From Octopus sinensis (taxonomy: Eukaryota), in contig NC_042998.1 of NCBI RefSeq assembly GCF_006345805.1, positions 109,182,001 to 109,246,000 on the forward strand: DNA of 64,000 nucleotides, in the 5' to 3' direction. Of this stretch, positions 14,100 to 26,724 are shown piece after piece; positions within the stretch are counted from its first letter, which is position 1, and every line of letters starts with the position of its first letter. Below the pieces are notes generated by a model. It had not been told where the DNA came from, did no database searches, and saw only the letters and a list, made by a program, of their open reading frames with translations. A program made the position numbers and the translations under genes.

Positions 14100-15625
14100 T
14101 CATCAGCTTCATCATCATCATTTAACACCCATAATCTGTGTTTGCATGAGTTGGACAGGAGCTGGTGAGGCTAGGAGCTACACCAGGTTCCCTAGTCTGT
14201 TTTGGCTAGGTTTCTAAAGCTAGCTGCTCTTCCTAATGCCAGCTACTTTACAGAGTGTACCAGGTACATTTTACGCAGTACCAGTACTAGTACTTTTTAT
14301 GTGACACCAGTTCTTTTTACATGGCACCACCACCAGTGCTTTTTATGTGACACCAGCACCAGTAGCCTTCATGGGCTCGAGCATTACCAGGGCGGTTTTA
14401 GGATATCGATTCTATTCTTCTGTGATGGGCAGGTCATCTTGAGTACTGCAATGCACCACATATCTCAGTCCTTTGTCATCTTCTTTATGAAGAAGCCCAG
14501 TGTTTTGAGATCAGCTTTCAGTACTTCATCCTATGTCTTCCTGGGTCTCCCTATTCCACATTTTGCATCCACTTTAAGTTATCAACACTACTTTATGCAA
14601 TTGTCCTCATCCATACACATTAACATAACCAAATTAGCATAGTCTTATCTCTAGCACACTGCATCTCATTCTTCTCATGCCTAACTTTTCCCTCAATGCA
14701 CTGATGCTCTGTTGCATATGTTCACTGATATTGCACATCCAGTAGAGCATGCCAGCTTTGTCTCTCTCTAGTCTTCACATGCCCTCTGCATTCCGAGCCC
14801 ACATCTTACTATCATGTAGCATTGCAATCCATACATCATACATCATACAGTCTTCCTTTCACTCAGAGAGAGAGAGAGAGACATCTTTGGTTGTCAACAG
14901 AAGTAAATGTTCTCTGAACGTTCTCCATCCTATTCGTATTCTAGCAGTTGCACTATTGGCACATCCTCCTACACTGCAAATTAGGTTATCTAGGAACCAG
15001 AAATTATCTAATACTTCCAGAGCACCTCTGGGACATTTGAAGAAATCAGTTTTTCCATGCATCAGTACATGGTTCCTGTACATCTTCCACACACAAACAC
15101 TACTCTCTCTGTTAACCCTCCTACTATTTCACTGCATCCCTTGTGGGGCCAAAGCTTGCATTGTGTACAGTAAACAGAATGTTTTCTTACACCTTTCTAA
15201 CTCATTGAGCATGGCCATTTATCTGAAGTGGGTTGGGCCCTGTCTTTGTTAAGTTAACTTTAAGACTTTTCATTCCAGGTTTTGTTTGAACTTCTTTTCT
15301 AGTTCTATAACAGAATCTGCTATGAGAGCAAGATCAACAGCATATAGTAGTTCCCATGGGCTTCCAGTCTTAAATTCTTCTGTTATTGCCTGGAAAAATG
15401 ATGATGAATAGGAGGGATTGAGGGCAGACCCTTGGTGAATACCTAACTGTACACTAAATTTGTCACTGTACTCATTGCTAACTCTTACCTTACTAATAGC
15501 ACTTCTGTACATGGCCTGTACTGCTTTCACAAACCATTTATCTATTGCTAGCTTCCTCAGAGTCCACCATATCACAGTGCAAGGTACTCTGTCAAAAGGT
15601 TTCTTCAGGTTAACAAATACAATGG
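14100..15625 (-). mobile_element. RTE-clade LINE fragment (RT domain to 3' UTR), degenerate
   Basis: ORF 15270-15575: WWTLRKL...GIHQGSAL...WELLYAVDL (YADD-like). ORF 14859-15092: FWFLDNLICSVGGC...ARIRIGW. (CAT)n tail near 14100. Confidence 0.85.
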
Positions 15626-15637
15626 GTTATTCTCAGC

Positions 15638-15703
<66 letters not shown>

Positions 15704-16559
15704 ATTGTATAGGGTACAATTATATATCTCTATATATGTATTTTACCTAAAAGGTTTTATTTTTATATACTGGCCACTGATAGAATTCATTAATTTTAAT
15801 GATTTTATCCTCTAATTATGTTTATATATTTGTGTGTGTGTGTGTGTGTGCGCACACGCATGCGTAGTTATTCAAATATAGAGCTAACACAGATTATGAA
15901 ACAGCTGCTAACTAGTAGAATAAACATCTATTCTCTCACACCACATCTCTCTCATCTGGTCATTTTATATATATGCAGGGATAAATGTAAGGACAAGCAA
16001 GCTAGTCAAGTCAGTGTATAAAAATTGTTAGATGCATTTAATACAAAGCATGTACATAGGTATACATATAAAAGAAGTCTGACTTACACAGAATGGAAAT
16101 GATATCAGGAATTAAGTGGGTTTGAGTAGGCGTTTTACAAGTTCAACAACTATTTCTGGGGGCTTTGTGGTCCAAAATAATGCTTGTAACTTGATTCCAT
16201 CATCAGATACCAGCATCCTCAATCTTCAGGGAAGAATTTTACATTTGAAGTGTTGACAGAATGGAGATTAAAGATGGAATGATTTTGTGGAAAACTAAGT
16301 GTATTAGAAAGAAGTGTTGGGGGTGCTTATATAACATGACTCTGCCAGCTCATTGCCATCAGTATTGATAATATTGATGAGAAAAAGAACAAATAAATAA
16401 AGCCTAGGCTGATAATACAATAATCTGGAGTATAGGGGCATGATATAGTTAGGTGAAGGAACCAAAGTTACTGGCAATAATTAGCACATTTGCAAATAGA
16501 ATTTACTCTATTATCATATATGTCTCAGACTAGTGATTCCGTCTGTTCCATGATGAGTC

Positions 16560-17105
16560 AAACATACAGTGTTGATGAACTGAAAGACAGCAAAATATAG
16601 ATATCCACCATTCCTGTTCATCTAAGACAAGTTGTCTCACCTGGTCTGAGATATTCAGTGGTTTTTAACACTTGGTCAAGAAGGGACATTTCCCAACATG
16701 TTGTCCCACAGTGAATGGGCATATAAACAAAACATACTCTCTATATGAGATATCAATAATGTTTACATTATTAGAGTTGCTTTTAATTCAAAATTAAATT
16801 TTGTTTCACTTGTGCTATTCTGTAGTATATCAAGAGATAGACTTTATACTACTTACATATATGTCTAAAACCAGTTGTTCAGTTTAACCCATAAGTTGAA
16901 TGTATGGCACTGATCAACTAAATCACAGGAAAATATCAATATCCATTGTTCTTATTCATGTGGAGCAAAAACTGTCTTGCCTAGTCTGAGATATTCAGTG
17001 CTTTTTAACACTTGGCATCATAAAGGGATATTTCCCAGGTAGCTATCCTACAGTTAATGAGTATATAAACAAAGCATATACATTATGTATGTGACATAGA
17101 TAATG
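16560..17105. repeat. Diverged direct tandem duplication, period ~350 bp
   Basis: gtctgagatattcagtg.tttttaacacttgg...atttccca...atataaacaaa occurs at ~16640-16730 and ~16985-17075. Confidence 0.75.
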
Positions 17106-17136
<31 letters not shown>

Positions 17137-17138
17137 GG

Positions 17139-17295
17139 GGGGCAGACCCAGGGTGGGGCCTGAGGGGCACGTGTCCCTGCCCCTCAAGAAAAGAAGTGCA
17201 TTCTTCTAAATAATGTTATTATGCCCTTTTCCCTTAGAATTGTATTCCCTTCTGACCTTGTGCCTTGCCCCTTCAAAAATTCCTGGGTCTGCACC
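17139..17295. mobile_element. Short MITE with 14-bp TIRs
   Basis: ggggcagacccagg at ~17139 versus cctgggtctgcacc at 17282-17295 (13/14 inverted match), lying in TA/GA microsatellite. Confidence 0.6.
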
Positions 17296-17344
17296 TTATA
17301 AATATATACATATACACACACATGCATACACACATACATGGACA

Positions 17345-17810
17345 CACCCACATGCACATTGTGCTTCCAGAATCTCAGTGCCACTGAGGTGGGTGAATTT
17401 CTTGAGAATCATATACTGCCAATCATCCTGGTCCTTTGTCATCTCCTTTGTGTTGTTCAAGGTTCACCACTTCATGCTATGTCTTTCTGGATCTCCTTCT
17501 GCAAACTCAATCCACATTAAGTAAATAGTACTACTTTACACAGCTGTCCTCATATATATTGTATTACATGTCCATATCAGCACAGTTTTCTTTTTTGTGC
17601 ACTATATCTGATTCCTCTTGTACCCAGTTTTTCTCTCCAACACATTTGTACTTTGTCATTTAGGCACACTTACATTGCACATCCAGCAGATTGTGCTAAT
17701 TTCATTTTCCTCCCATCTTCTCAAGTCTTCTACATTCAAGGCCTGTCTCACTACAGCATCTTAGTTCTAACACATACACCATGCAATGTGCCATTCAATC
17801 TGATGAGATG
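17345..17810 (-). mobile_element. RTE LINE C-terminal fragment, decayed
   Basis: Similar to the 14640-14830 and 24590-24950 segments (cacattgcacatccag, tgagaatcatatactgcc). Confidence 0.55.
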
Positions 17811-18070
17811 TGTGTGTGTGTGTTTATGACATTTTTTTCATTGCTAGAACACTTGGTCATAGATTAACAGAATTATCTAAACAGAAAAATGCGATTATTA
17901 CTTTTATAAGCTTTACTTCTAAATCAGAAAAATTCTTGTTAAATAATTTTACTGAACAAATTCTCTTGTTTTTATATATGTTATTTTAATATTAAGGTGC
18001 TTAATTCACCTTACTTCATATGTCAATTTATTCATTGTATTTTATTGTTTTCTTTCTTCTTTTTATCCAG

Positions 18071-18238
18071 GTGTCATCACAAATGATTTTGCAGATGAAA
18101 TCATATTAGATCCAAAACTCATAGCCAAACATTATATAAGAACATGGTTTTTCTTGGACCTCATAAGCTCAATTCCAATGGACTATATCTTTCTCATGTG
18201 GGACACTGAGGCTAACTTCAATCAATTGTTCCATGCAG
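18071..18238 (+). CDS. HCN: Internal coding exon of an HCN (Ih) channel, S2-S3 loop through S3-S4 linker
   Basis: Long pyrimidine tract ending ttttatccAG at 18070. Translation (G)[55 protein letters not shown](G) matches the invertebrate Ih motif [31 protein letters not shown]. Donor CAG|GTACGC at 18239. 168 nt, phase 1 at both ends, consistent with flanking exons ending FRT-G and starting G-RALR. Absent from the ORF track because it has no ATG. Confidence 0.96.
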
Positions 18239-18399
18239 GTACGCGAATGGATGTATCCCAATACTGGCAAGGTGATCATTCTCGTTTTTTTAATTAATAT
18301 TTCATTCCAAATTTCACTATAAAAAGTCATATGACTTCCTCATTTCACTTAATCAAATTTTTTTATTCTTCTTTATATGTATTGTTTTTTTAACACTCA

Positions 18400-19170
18400 C
18401 ATGGCCATCGTCAACACCACCATCATTATTATAATCCTCTTTGTTGTCAGAAACCACATCATTAGCATTATCAATATCAGCATCAGTATTATAATCATTA
18501 ACATCACCATTATCATCTTCACTAACATCATCATCATTATTACATTCATCTTTCATCATTGTTGGCTTTAATCATCATTAGCATTAGCAAGATCATTATC
18601 ATTATCATCATCATTACCATCATCTTCACCATTATCACTATCATTGAAATCATAAAATTGCTAACTTTGATCTATTTTTCATTAGTATTACATGACTGAA
18701 CATTAATTATCATCATTTCTGACCTTTAAAATATTAACAACATCAAAAAATAAACAAAACTGAGACAACATTAGTAAAAAAAAAACAACTGCTAAAATAA
18801 CAACAACAACAACAACCATAATAATATTATTAATATTATGTTTATCATCATCATCATCATCCTAGTAATCATCTTCTTAATTACCCTTGTCACTTATTTG
18901 ATTCTCATGAACTGTTATTTCTGCAATTATTGACACACTCATTGTTATTTACCATTATTCATCACCATCATCACCACCATCACAGTCATCATCAACAGCA
19001 TCACCATCATCCTAATTTCCATCATTATTACCAACATCACCATTATCACCACCACTACCATGATGATAGTGATAATCATCATCATATTCATGATCACCAT
19101 CATCATCATTACCATCATGATCATAGTCATTATCATCATCATTATCATTACAGTTACCATCAGTAATAAG
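18400..19170. repeat. Degenerate (CAT)/(CAC)-rich low-complexity tract
   Basis: Dense catcat/caccat/tcatta repeats; source of the spurious poly-His/Ile/Met ORFs. Confidence 0.85.
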
Positions 19171-20739
19171 AATCCCACCAAAGTTGTCTCTAATAACAAA
19201 AGACAAAATTACTATACATATAACAGAAATATTATTGCATTTCAACCTTCTGTCTCTCACTGCCAAACAAGATCAGCATGTAACAAAAACCCTAATTATT
19301 GTTTCAAATGCTAAGTCTCAATCTCTTCCAGTGAACACACATCCTCAGCATAACAAAGACTGCATCACATAAACTGATCATCACTTCTGAACCAAAAAAT
19401 CCTCCCATTACTATTAACTCATTACAAAGCTAGGATGAGACCTACAATGAAGGCTCTTACAACTAGAATAGTGCTGCTGATACAGACACAGACATCTTAA
19501 ACTGCATCTAAAAATTGAGCCACTCATGTGATTGGCATGAAGTCAGTCAAAAACACACATCATTCTCTAGCCTGCCTCATACTGTTCTCTCACTTTGTCT
19601 TTTCTGCTGCTACTACAATTAGTTCTGTTCTTCTGAAGGGGCTGACCTAGGTATTAGCACCACTCAAGCGCTTCCAGCCCTCATTTCTACCACTCTCATC
19701 ACACATTTTGTGCCCATGCCAGCTTCATACTCATACTAACCACAGCAGCTAGTCTTTTCAATCTATAATGCCTGGACTCAGAAATTCCCTTCATGCACAA
19801 GTTTTTCGAACAACTATCAGTTTGTAATTATTCAAGCAGAACATTAATCACATAAATCTCATTAGCCTGGGAGGGCCTTCTTAAAGAGCAAAGCAATAGT
19901 AAAGATTAAAATAAAGCATTATATTCTACATTAACATCATCATCTGAATATTTTGCAAAATCATTCACATCTCAATCCTGTTATCCTTCACCTTCTCATT
20001 TCCATCAACAGCAGTAATATCTTCATCATCATCATCATCGTCGTCATTATTGTTGTCTTCTTTGCTACATTGCTGTTGTTGATATTATCGTCATTATCAT
20101 TGTTGTTGTAGTCTCCAGCCTTGCTCTCATCACCACTACTATTATTACTCTTGCTGCTAGCATTGTTATTTAGTTTATTATACTAATTAATACACTAATT
20201 GCAATCTCACAATCATTAGAATCACATCGCATACTAGCCACAATAATTGTTAAAAATACAAACATGCCATCCAGGTATATAAGATCACAGCTATCAATTT
20301 GTCAAACTCCCATGTATTTTTTTATTCTTATACTATCATATTTTCTCTCCAACAAATACATTTTTCAAATATTATATATTTTTCTTGGGCAATTAGCTTT
20401 GGAGTTTTCCTCTTGATCTTGTAAGGAGTCTGTTTAACAAATTTTAAGGATTCTAATTGATATGCATTGACTTAAATAACATATTAATGATGTCTAAGAA
20501 TTAACAAGCAAGCACATCATTATTGTAGAGTTATGATTGGTATTTAGATTAGTTGGTGTACCACTACACTGCCATCATCACTACTACTGCCAATAAAAGA
20601 GAACCCATCCATATTTTGGCTTCAACTTCTTAGTGGAACAGATTCTCATTAAAAGCTTAGGAAAGAAACACACAGCAAAATTTTCTGTACTTTCTATCCT
20701 GGAATTTCAAACTTCATGCTTCTAACTTCAAGTGTAATC

Positions 20740-21140
20740 AGTGGATTGATAAATTCATTAACACATCAGATAAAATGTTTCGCAGAATTTGTTCTGGTTG
20801 TAAACAGTCGAAATTCAAATTCTGCCAAAGGTGGTTTTGCCTTTCATCCTTGTAGGATGACAAAATAAAGCACAAATCAAGTACTAGGGTTTAATATCAA
20901 TCAAGTAACTGCTCTCCGGATTCAGGAAGATGTCAGAATAAAATGCTTTACTGTATTTCTGTTTTTACCATTTTTTCTCCTAACATTCTGAGTTGAAATC
21001 TTCCACAGGTCAACTTTACTTTTCATTTCTCTTGGGTTAATAAAATAAATTATCAGTCAAGCACTAGAGGCAATGCAATTGCTTTACCCCACCCTCCAAT
21101 ATTGCTGGCTTTGTGTCCCAAAAATTGAAACTATTATTAT
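20740..21140 (+). mobile_element. Two decayed copies of a tRNA-derived SINE
   Basis: gagttgaaat/ttcaaattctgcc...ctttgcctttcatcc...gataaaataag module with attattatt tail; B-box-like gttcaaatt. The central domain resembles the Meta-SINE domain (recall only). Confidence 0.65.
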
Positions 21141-21822
21141 TATTTTCTAGTAGTCATATTTTTATTGTGTTCTTTTTCAACACTACTGAGTGCAGATATG
21201 CCTTAGGTAGGTTTGGTGGGGTTTTTTTTTTCATTTTCTGGTAGATTGAAATTACTTTGATACATGTGCAGTGCACTTGGAAGTATCAGCACTCAACCAT
21301 TTACTATATATTTCTAAGTTCTATGGTTTTTGGTTATGTATTTGTCTGTTCTGTGTTTTAATCTGTTTCAAGGCATCTATTATTATATAGATTGTTTTAG
21401 TTTTCATTTGCACATTCTGGTTGTCTCTATTTCCAGATTTGTATATGTGAGAATGATATTTCACCTAGGAGGTCTCCTGCTGATCCTTAGCAACAATATC
21501 GAATTTTTTTAATTTCATCTTTTTTTACTACATTGTATTCCAGAGTTTTTCATCTGGGGCATATTTAAGCCACCTCTTTTCAGTTAGCATTTCATAACAT
21601 TCGTGCAGTTTACATTGTATGACAGCCCAAACTTGTCTTACCTGTAGATGTATTTTCACTTATCTAAGACTGGGTGGCCATGCTGGTAGTTGAGTGCTGA
21701 TACTTCTAAGTGCACCAATTACTATTTGTATCACATCTACTCTCTTCATTGACCACAACCTTCGTATTTCCCACTTCAAATCATCATAGTTGTTTATTTA
21801 TTTATCTATTTATTTATTTATT

Positions 21823-21908
<86 letters not shown>

Positions 21909-22443
21909 TAAATCAGTCCATTGTTATTATGAAAATTGCTCTATTAATTTCCTTTGGCCAGAAAGGGCAGGTAGTTTCCTTCAGTCTAGTGGATGGCTAT
22001 GTTGAAAAAAGATTGTGTGGTTGATGTGATTGAAAGGGCTAAAGACAAACACATTTCCATTAGGTCGTGCTTTAATCAATTTTTTGAAGCACCATTTATA
22101 GAGGAGAATGAGGGTGGAGACAAAGGGGCTGATTTCCAGTAGATTGATCAAAAGACAGGTGAAGGTAGTGACATAGCACGAATGAGTGGGTCTACCCTCA
22201 GCATGTATCTGCAGATTCAGGAATGACTGATAAGGAAAGACATATACTCTTGGTAGTCAAAGGATCTGTAGGGATCTATATTAGCCTATAGTGGCTTCCT
22301 CTGTGAACACTATAGAATTTTGTACATGTAGACTTTCCCTTTCACTTTATTTTTCAATATAAATCACTACCTTTTTATGAACTGTTGATATTATATCTCC
22401 TTATCTATTCTTTTGGGGGAAATTAAAGATCATTGACATTACC

Positions 22444-22507
<64 letters not shown>

Positions 22508-22538
22508 TGATAATAATAATAATAATAATAATAATGAT

Positions 22539-22585
<47 letters not shown>

Positions 22586-23111
22586 GCCCTGATGCAGTAC
22601 CAGACAGTGGCTCTTGTGGCTTTTGATCTTAACTTACTGGAAGTGTTATAATATACATTGTTTTGTCTTGGTATAAAAGATGGGCTACAGCAAATATCCT
22701 GCTCAATTTCACAGATTTGCTTGTCAGTTGTTTGATCTTAACCAGTTGAGCATGTCCCTTAGTGTGCATCTCTGATCATGAGCAGAAGTTGTAGGTGAGC
22801 ATCATAGTCATGTGTTGACAGGAATTATTAGGGGTTTGGATAATTCACTTTTGGAAACATGGATGTTTCATTCAACATTTTTAAACACCTCTTATCCAGG
22901 GACCTTTTGAGTGGGTTGGGCTACTCAACCTGAAGAAAATTTTCACTGGACCCCTCTTGCAAGGTCATGCACTGTTAATCTTGATATGAGATCACTATGT
23001 CGTGCACATATGGTGTACCTGGTGTATCAGATAAGTAGACATAATGGTTATACTGGGCTTCATATATTTTACCCCAGTGTCACTTTGATGGCATGCATTG
23101 CTTTCTTAATC
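22586..23111 (+). mobile_element. ~550-bp ORF-less repeat flanked by (AAT)n, copy A
   Basis: Begins gccctgatgcagtacc after ~140 nt of (AAT)n and ends gcatgcattgctttcttaatc before (AAT)n; clearly similar to copies B-D. Orientation is arbitrary. Confidence 0.85.
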
Positions 23112-23130
23112 AGTAATAATAATAATAATA

Positions 23131-23188
<58 letters not shown>

Positions 23189-23538
23189 GATCACGAGCAG
23201 AAGTTGTGGGGGAGCACCATAGCCGTGTGTTGAAAGGAATTCTTGGAGGTTTGGATAATTCACATTTGGAAACATGGGTGGTTCATTCAACCTCCTTAAA
23301 CAATCCGTATTCAGGGACCTTTTGAGTGGGATGGGCTACTCGACAAGAAGAAAATTCTGACTGGGCCCCACCTGCAAGGTCATACGCTGTTTATCTTGAT
23401 ATGAGATCACCATGTCGCGCTCATATGGTTGTGATGCATGTGTCTGGTGTACCCTTATCAGATGGGTAGTCATGATGGGTATACTGGGCTATATTTTACC
23501 CCAGTGTCACTTTGGTGGCATGCACTGCTCTCTCACTC
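23189..23538 (+). mobile_element. ~550-bp repeat, copy B (left end truncated)
   Basis: Starts internally at gatcacgagcagaag directly on (AAT)n; intact right end gcactgctctctcactc-(AAT)n. Confidence 0.85.
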
Positions 23539-23570
23539 AATAATAATAATAATAACAATTATTATTATTA

Positions 23571-23628
<58 letters not shown>

Positions 23629-24124
23629 CATCATCATCATCATCATCATTATTATTATTATTATTATTATTATTACAAGAAAATCTACCCATCTATGATG
23701 GAGGCATAAAGTGAGGGAGGGAAGTCATAACAGCAATATGTATTGAGAAATGTGTAAATGGACTTGATAGATTATTGGGTGATGTCTTAGAGAAATCACA
23801 TTATTGTTGGTGATACAGCATTCTGTTGCAACTATATCACAAGTGTCATGTGATGACAATTCACTCCCAAATTAAAATAGGCTCCCAGCCTCTGTATCAT
23901 GAATGGTTATGTGGACCATTCCTAATGAAAGTCAGGGCTTCTTTCGACCACTACATAAACAGTATTAAGAAAATAATATCATTTAGATATACTTTTATTT
24001 TAGTTGTTTGCACTATTTTACACTTGCTTATACTCTTATGCATTCAAAGTTCACAAATTTCCTTATTTAAATTATGAATCATATTCCTTTTGATAATATC
24101 AATATGATTACAAAACTTCATCGT

Positions 24125-25225
24125 TATCATCCTCATCATTACCATCGTTTAACGTCCATTTTCCATGCTAGCATGGGTTGGATGGTTCGACCAGGGTCTG
24201 GGAAGCCAGGAGGCTGCACTAGGCTCCAGTCTGATCCGGCAGTGTTTCTACAACTAGATGCCCTTCCTAACACCAACTACTCCCTGAGTGTAGTGGGTGC
24301 TTTTTATGTGCCACCGGCACAGGGGCCAGAGGAAGCTGGCAATGGCTGTGATCGGTTGGTGCTTTTTATGTGCCACCAGCATGGGTATCACAACTACAAT
24401 TTCCATATGATTTTCATTTTGATGTTGATGTACTTGACTCAATAGGTCTGCTCAAACACAACAGGTCGCCCTATGACCCAAGGTACTTTTGAATGGGCTG
24501 GGGCTGGTTATGCAAAACTGGTGTAGGATACAGCCATGAACTCACTTTATTTGCCGGGTCTTTGCAGTTACAGCATATCTCCAGAAGTCTCAGTCTTTCG
24601 TCATTGCCTCTGTGAGGCCAAACGTTTGAAGGTCATGTTTTACTACCTCATCCCATGTCTTCCTGGATCTACCTCTACTCTGGATTCCTTCAACTGTTTG
24701 GGCGTGGTACTTCTTCGCACATCTCTCCTCATCCATCCGTAGTATATGACCATACCAGTGCAAACGTCCCTCTTGCACGCCACATTCGATGCTTCTTATG
24801 TCCAACATTTCTCTCAGGGCACTTACACTCTGTTGTTTGTGCACACTGACATTACACATCCAGTGGATCATGCTAGCTTCATTTCTTTTGAGCCTACGCA
24901 TGTTCTCCACAGTCATGGCCCATGTTTCACTGCCGTGAAGCATAGCATCATACATGCATCGTACAATCTACCTTTTACTCTGAGCGAGAGGCCCTTTGTA
25001 ACCAGTAGGGGTAGAAGCTTTCTAAACTTTGCCCAGGCTATTCTTATTCTAGTGGTAACACTCTCGGAGCATCCACCCCCACTACTAACTTGGTCCCCTA
25101 GGTAGCGGAAGCTATCAACTACTTCTAGTTTCTCCCCCTGGAGCGTGATAGAATCTATTTTCTGAGCATCTGTGGTGTTTATTGCCCCTGACACTAATTT
25201 GGTTATTTTTGATGCCATTTTAGTG
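24125..25225 (-). mobile_element. RTE-clade LINE 3' portion
   Basis: ORFs 24913-25218 (LEVVDSFRYLGDQV...RIRIAWAKF) and 24590-24955 (LHGSETW...RLHWYGHILRM...RGRSRKTW), then the 3' UTR module. Confidence 0.88.
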
Positions 25226-25654
25226 TTTTGATGGCTGTGCAGAGCATTTGCAATTTGAATTTTGTTATTTTATTGGCCGGTATTTGTGTTTATATTTGAT
25301 GTGTGCATTGTTCTATATAAATGACTGGCAGTTGTGTAGAATATGAGTTGTGTGAGTTATAAGAGTTATAATGTTGGATATTGCTTAATAAAAATATGTA
25401 TTATGTTCTTTAATTGGGCCTTAACTATATAGGTCTATGCTGTATGTTATTTGGTAGTAATTTTGTGGAGCATAGTTTGTGTGAGTTGTGATATGTTATT
25501 GCTGATCTTGAATGGTGATTGTACAGTGTTTACATGTGTAGTGTATAAACTGTTTGAGCTATGCAGTTGAACTGAAAGGGTTTTGCATAGCTTGTGGGAT
25601 ATGCATTACATGCATATCCCATAAGTGTCTTGATTTTTTTCTCCTTTTATTCAT

Positions 25655-26170
25655 CATCATCATCATCGTCATCATCATTTAACATTCAAGTCCATGCTGG
25701 CATGGGTTGGACAGTTTGACTGGCCTGGTACACTGGAAGGCTGCACCAGGATCCAGTCTGATTTGGCTTTGTTTTCTATGGCTGGATGCCCTTTCTAATG
25801 CCAACCACTCCAAGAGCGTAATGGGTGCTTTTCTGTGCCACTGGCATGGGTGCCATTTTCATGACACCGGTATCTACCACAGCTGCAACTTTGCTTGGCT
25901 TGATGCATCTTCTTCTTAAGCACAACATAATGCCAAAAGTCTTGGTCTTTGCCTCCATGGGACCCAACACTCGAAAGGAACTTGGCCACTTTGCCTAACT
26001 GTGGCCCAATGCTCAAAAGGAACTCGCCTCTGTAAAGCCTGCTAAAAAGGAATTCAGCCACCTCACCTCTGTGAGGCCCAACACTTAAAAGGAACTCAGC
26101 CACTTTGCCTCCATGAGATCCAATGCTCGAAAGGTACTCAGTCAATTTGTCTCCATCAGGCCCAACATTC
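25655..26170 (-). mobile_element. RTE-type 3' UTR fragment containing a ~40-bp tandem array
   Basis: catcatcat-ttaac...catgggttggacag...ggatgccctttctaatgccaaccactcc module, followed by repeats of ccactttgcctcc.tgaggcccaacactc.aaaggaactcag. Confidence 0.7.
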
Positions 26171-26649
26171 AAAGGTTTATTTTTTTTTTCCATATGTTTA
26201 TTATCCTCAAATGACCTGATCATTGCTGATTCTGTTTTCCCTCTCATGTCCCATCTGCTCACTGCAAGAACCTTGTACTTTGACAGTTTCTTCACCTTCT
26301 TCTTGTGCATCATTTTTATTCCTGTCTTTGATCATTATATCTGAATGGGTTGCCTTAAGCAATCCAAAGACTCCAGATCGCAAATAATCTAAACAAAGTA
26401 GGTAGCTTTCCCTATTCTTCTGTGAGCTAATCATGTGGCTGGAAAGTGAACTTTTTAATCAGAGAGCTATACCAGCACCTATATACGTACATTCATACAT
26501 TCACATACACATACATATGTATGCATAAATATATATATATGTACATATATTTATATATATACATATATACACACACATACATACATACATACTACATACA
26601 TACATACATACATACATACATACACACACACGTGCATATATAAATCTAC

Positions 26650-26724
<75 letters not shown>

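Larger units (their letters stand above)
1..18070 (+). other. Putative upstream intron of HCN (>=18 kb)
   Basis: No exon encoding the expected S1-S2 segment (FYWD...FNC.SD...NFRTG) found by eye; only repeats and low-complexity DNA. Confidence 0.6.

Noticed and set aside
14749-15252. 167-aa plus-strand ORF
   Set aside because: Antisense shadow of the RTE fragment.
18930-19314. Poly-His, poly-Ile and poly-Met ORFs (also at 21.7, 23.4, 42.0, 49.5 and 51.5 kb)
   Set aside because: Microsatellite translations with no splice or domain support.
22061-22101. tag|GT CGT GCT TTA reads G-R-A-L, like the start of the next HCN (S4) exon
   Set aside because: It continues INFLKHHL and then stops at 22099-22101, with no RILRLAK and a weak pyrimidine tract. 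Treated as coincidence, though junction reads could test it as a cryptic acceptor.
25940-26170. CRISPR-like repeat array
   Set aside because: Contiguous diverged units without unique spacers, eukaryotic context and no cas genes.
25795-26313. 172-aa ORF with repeated GKVAEFL units
   Set aside because: Translation of the 40-bp minisatellite within an RTE tail; not a host protein.
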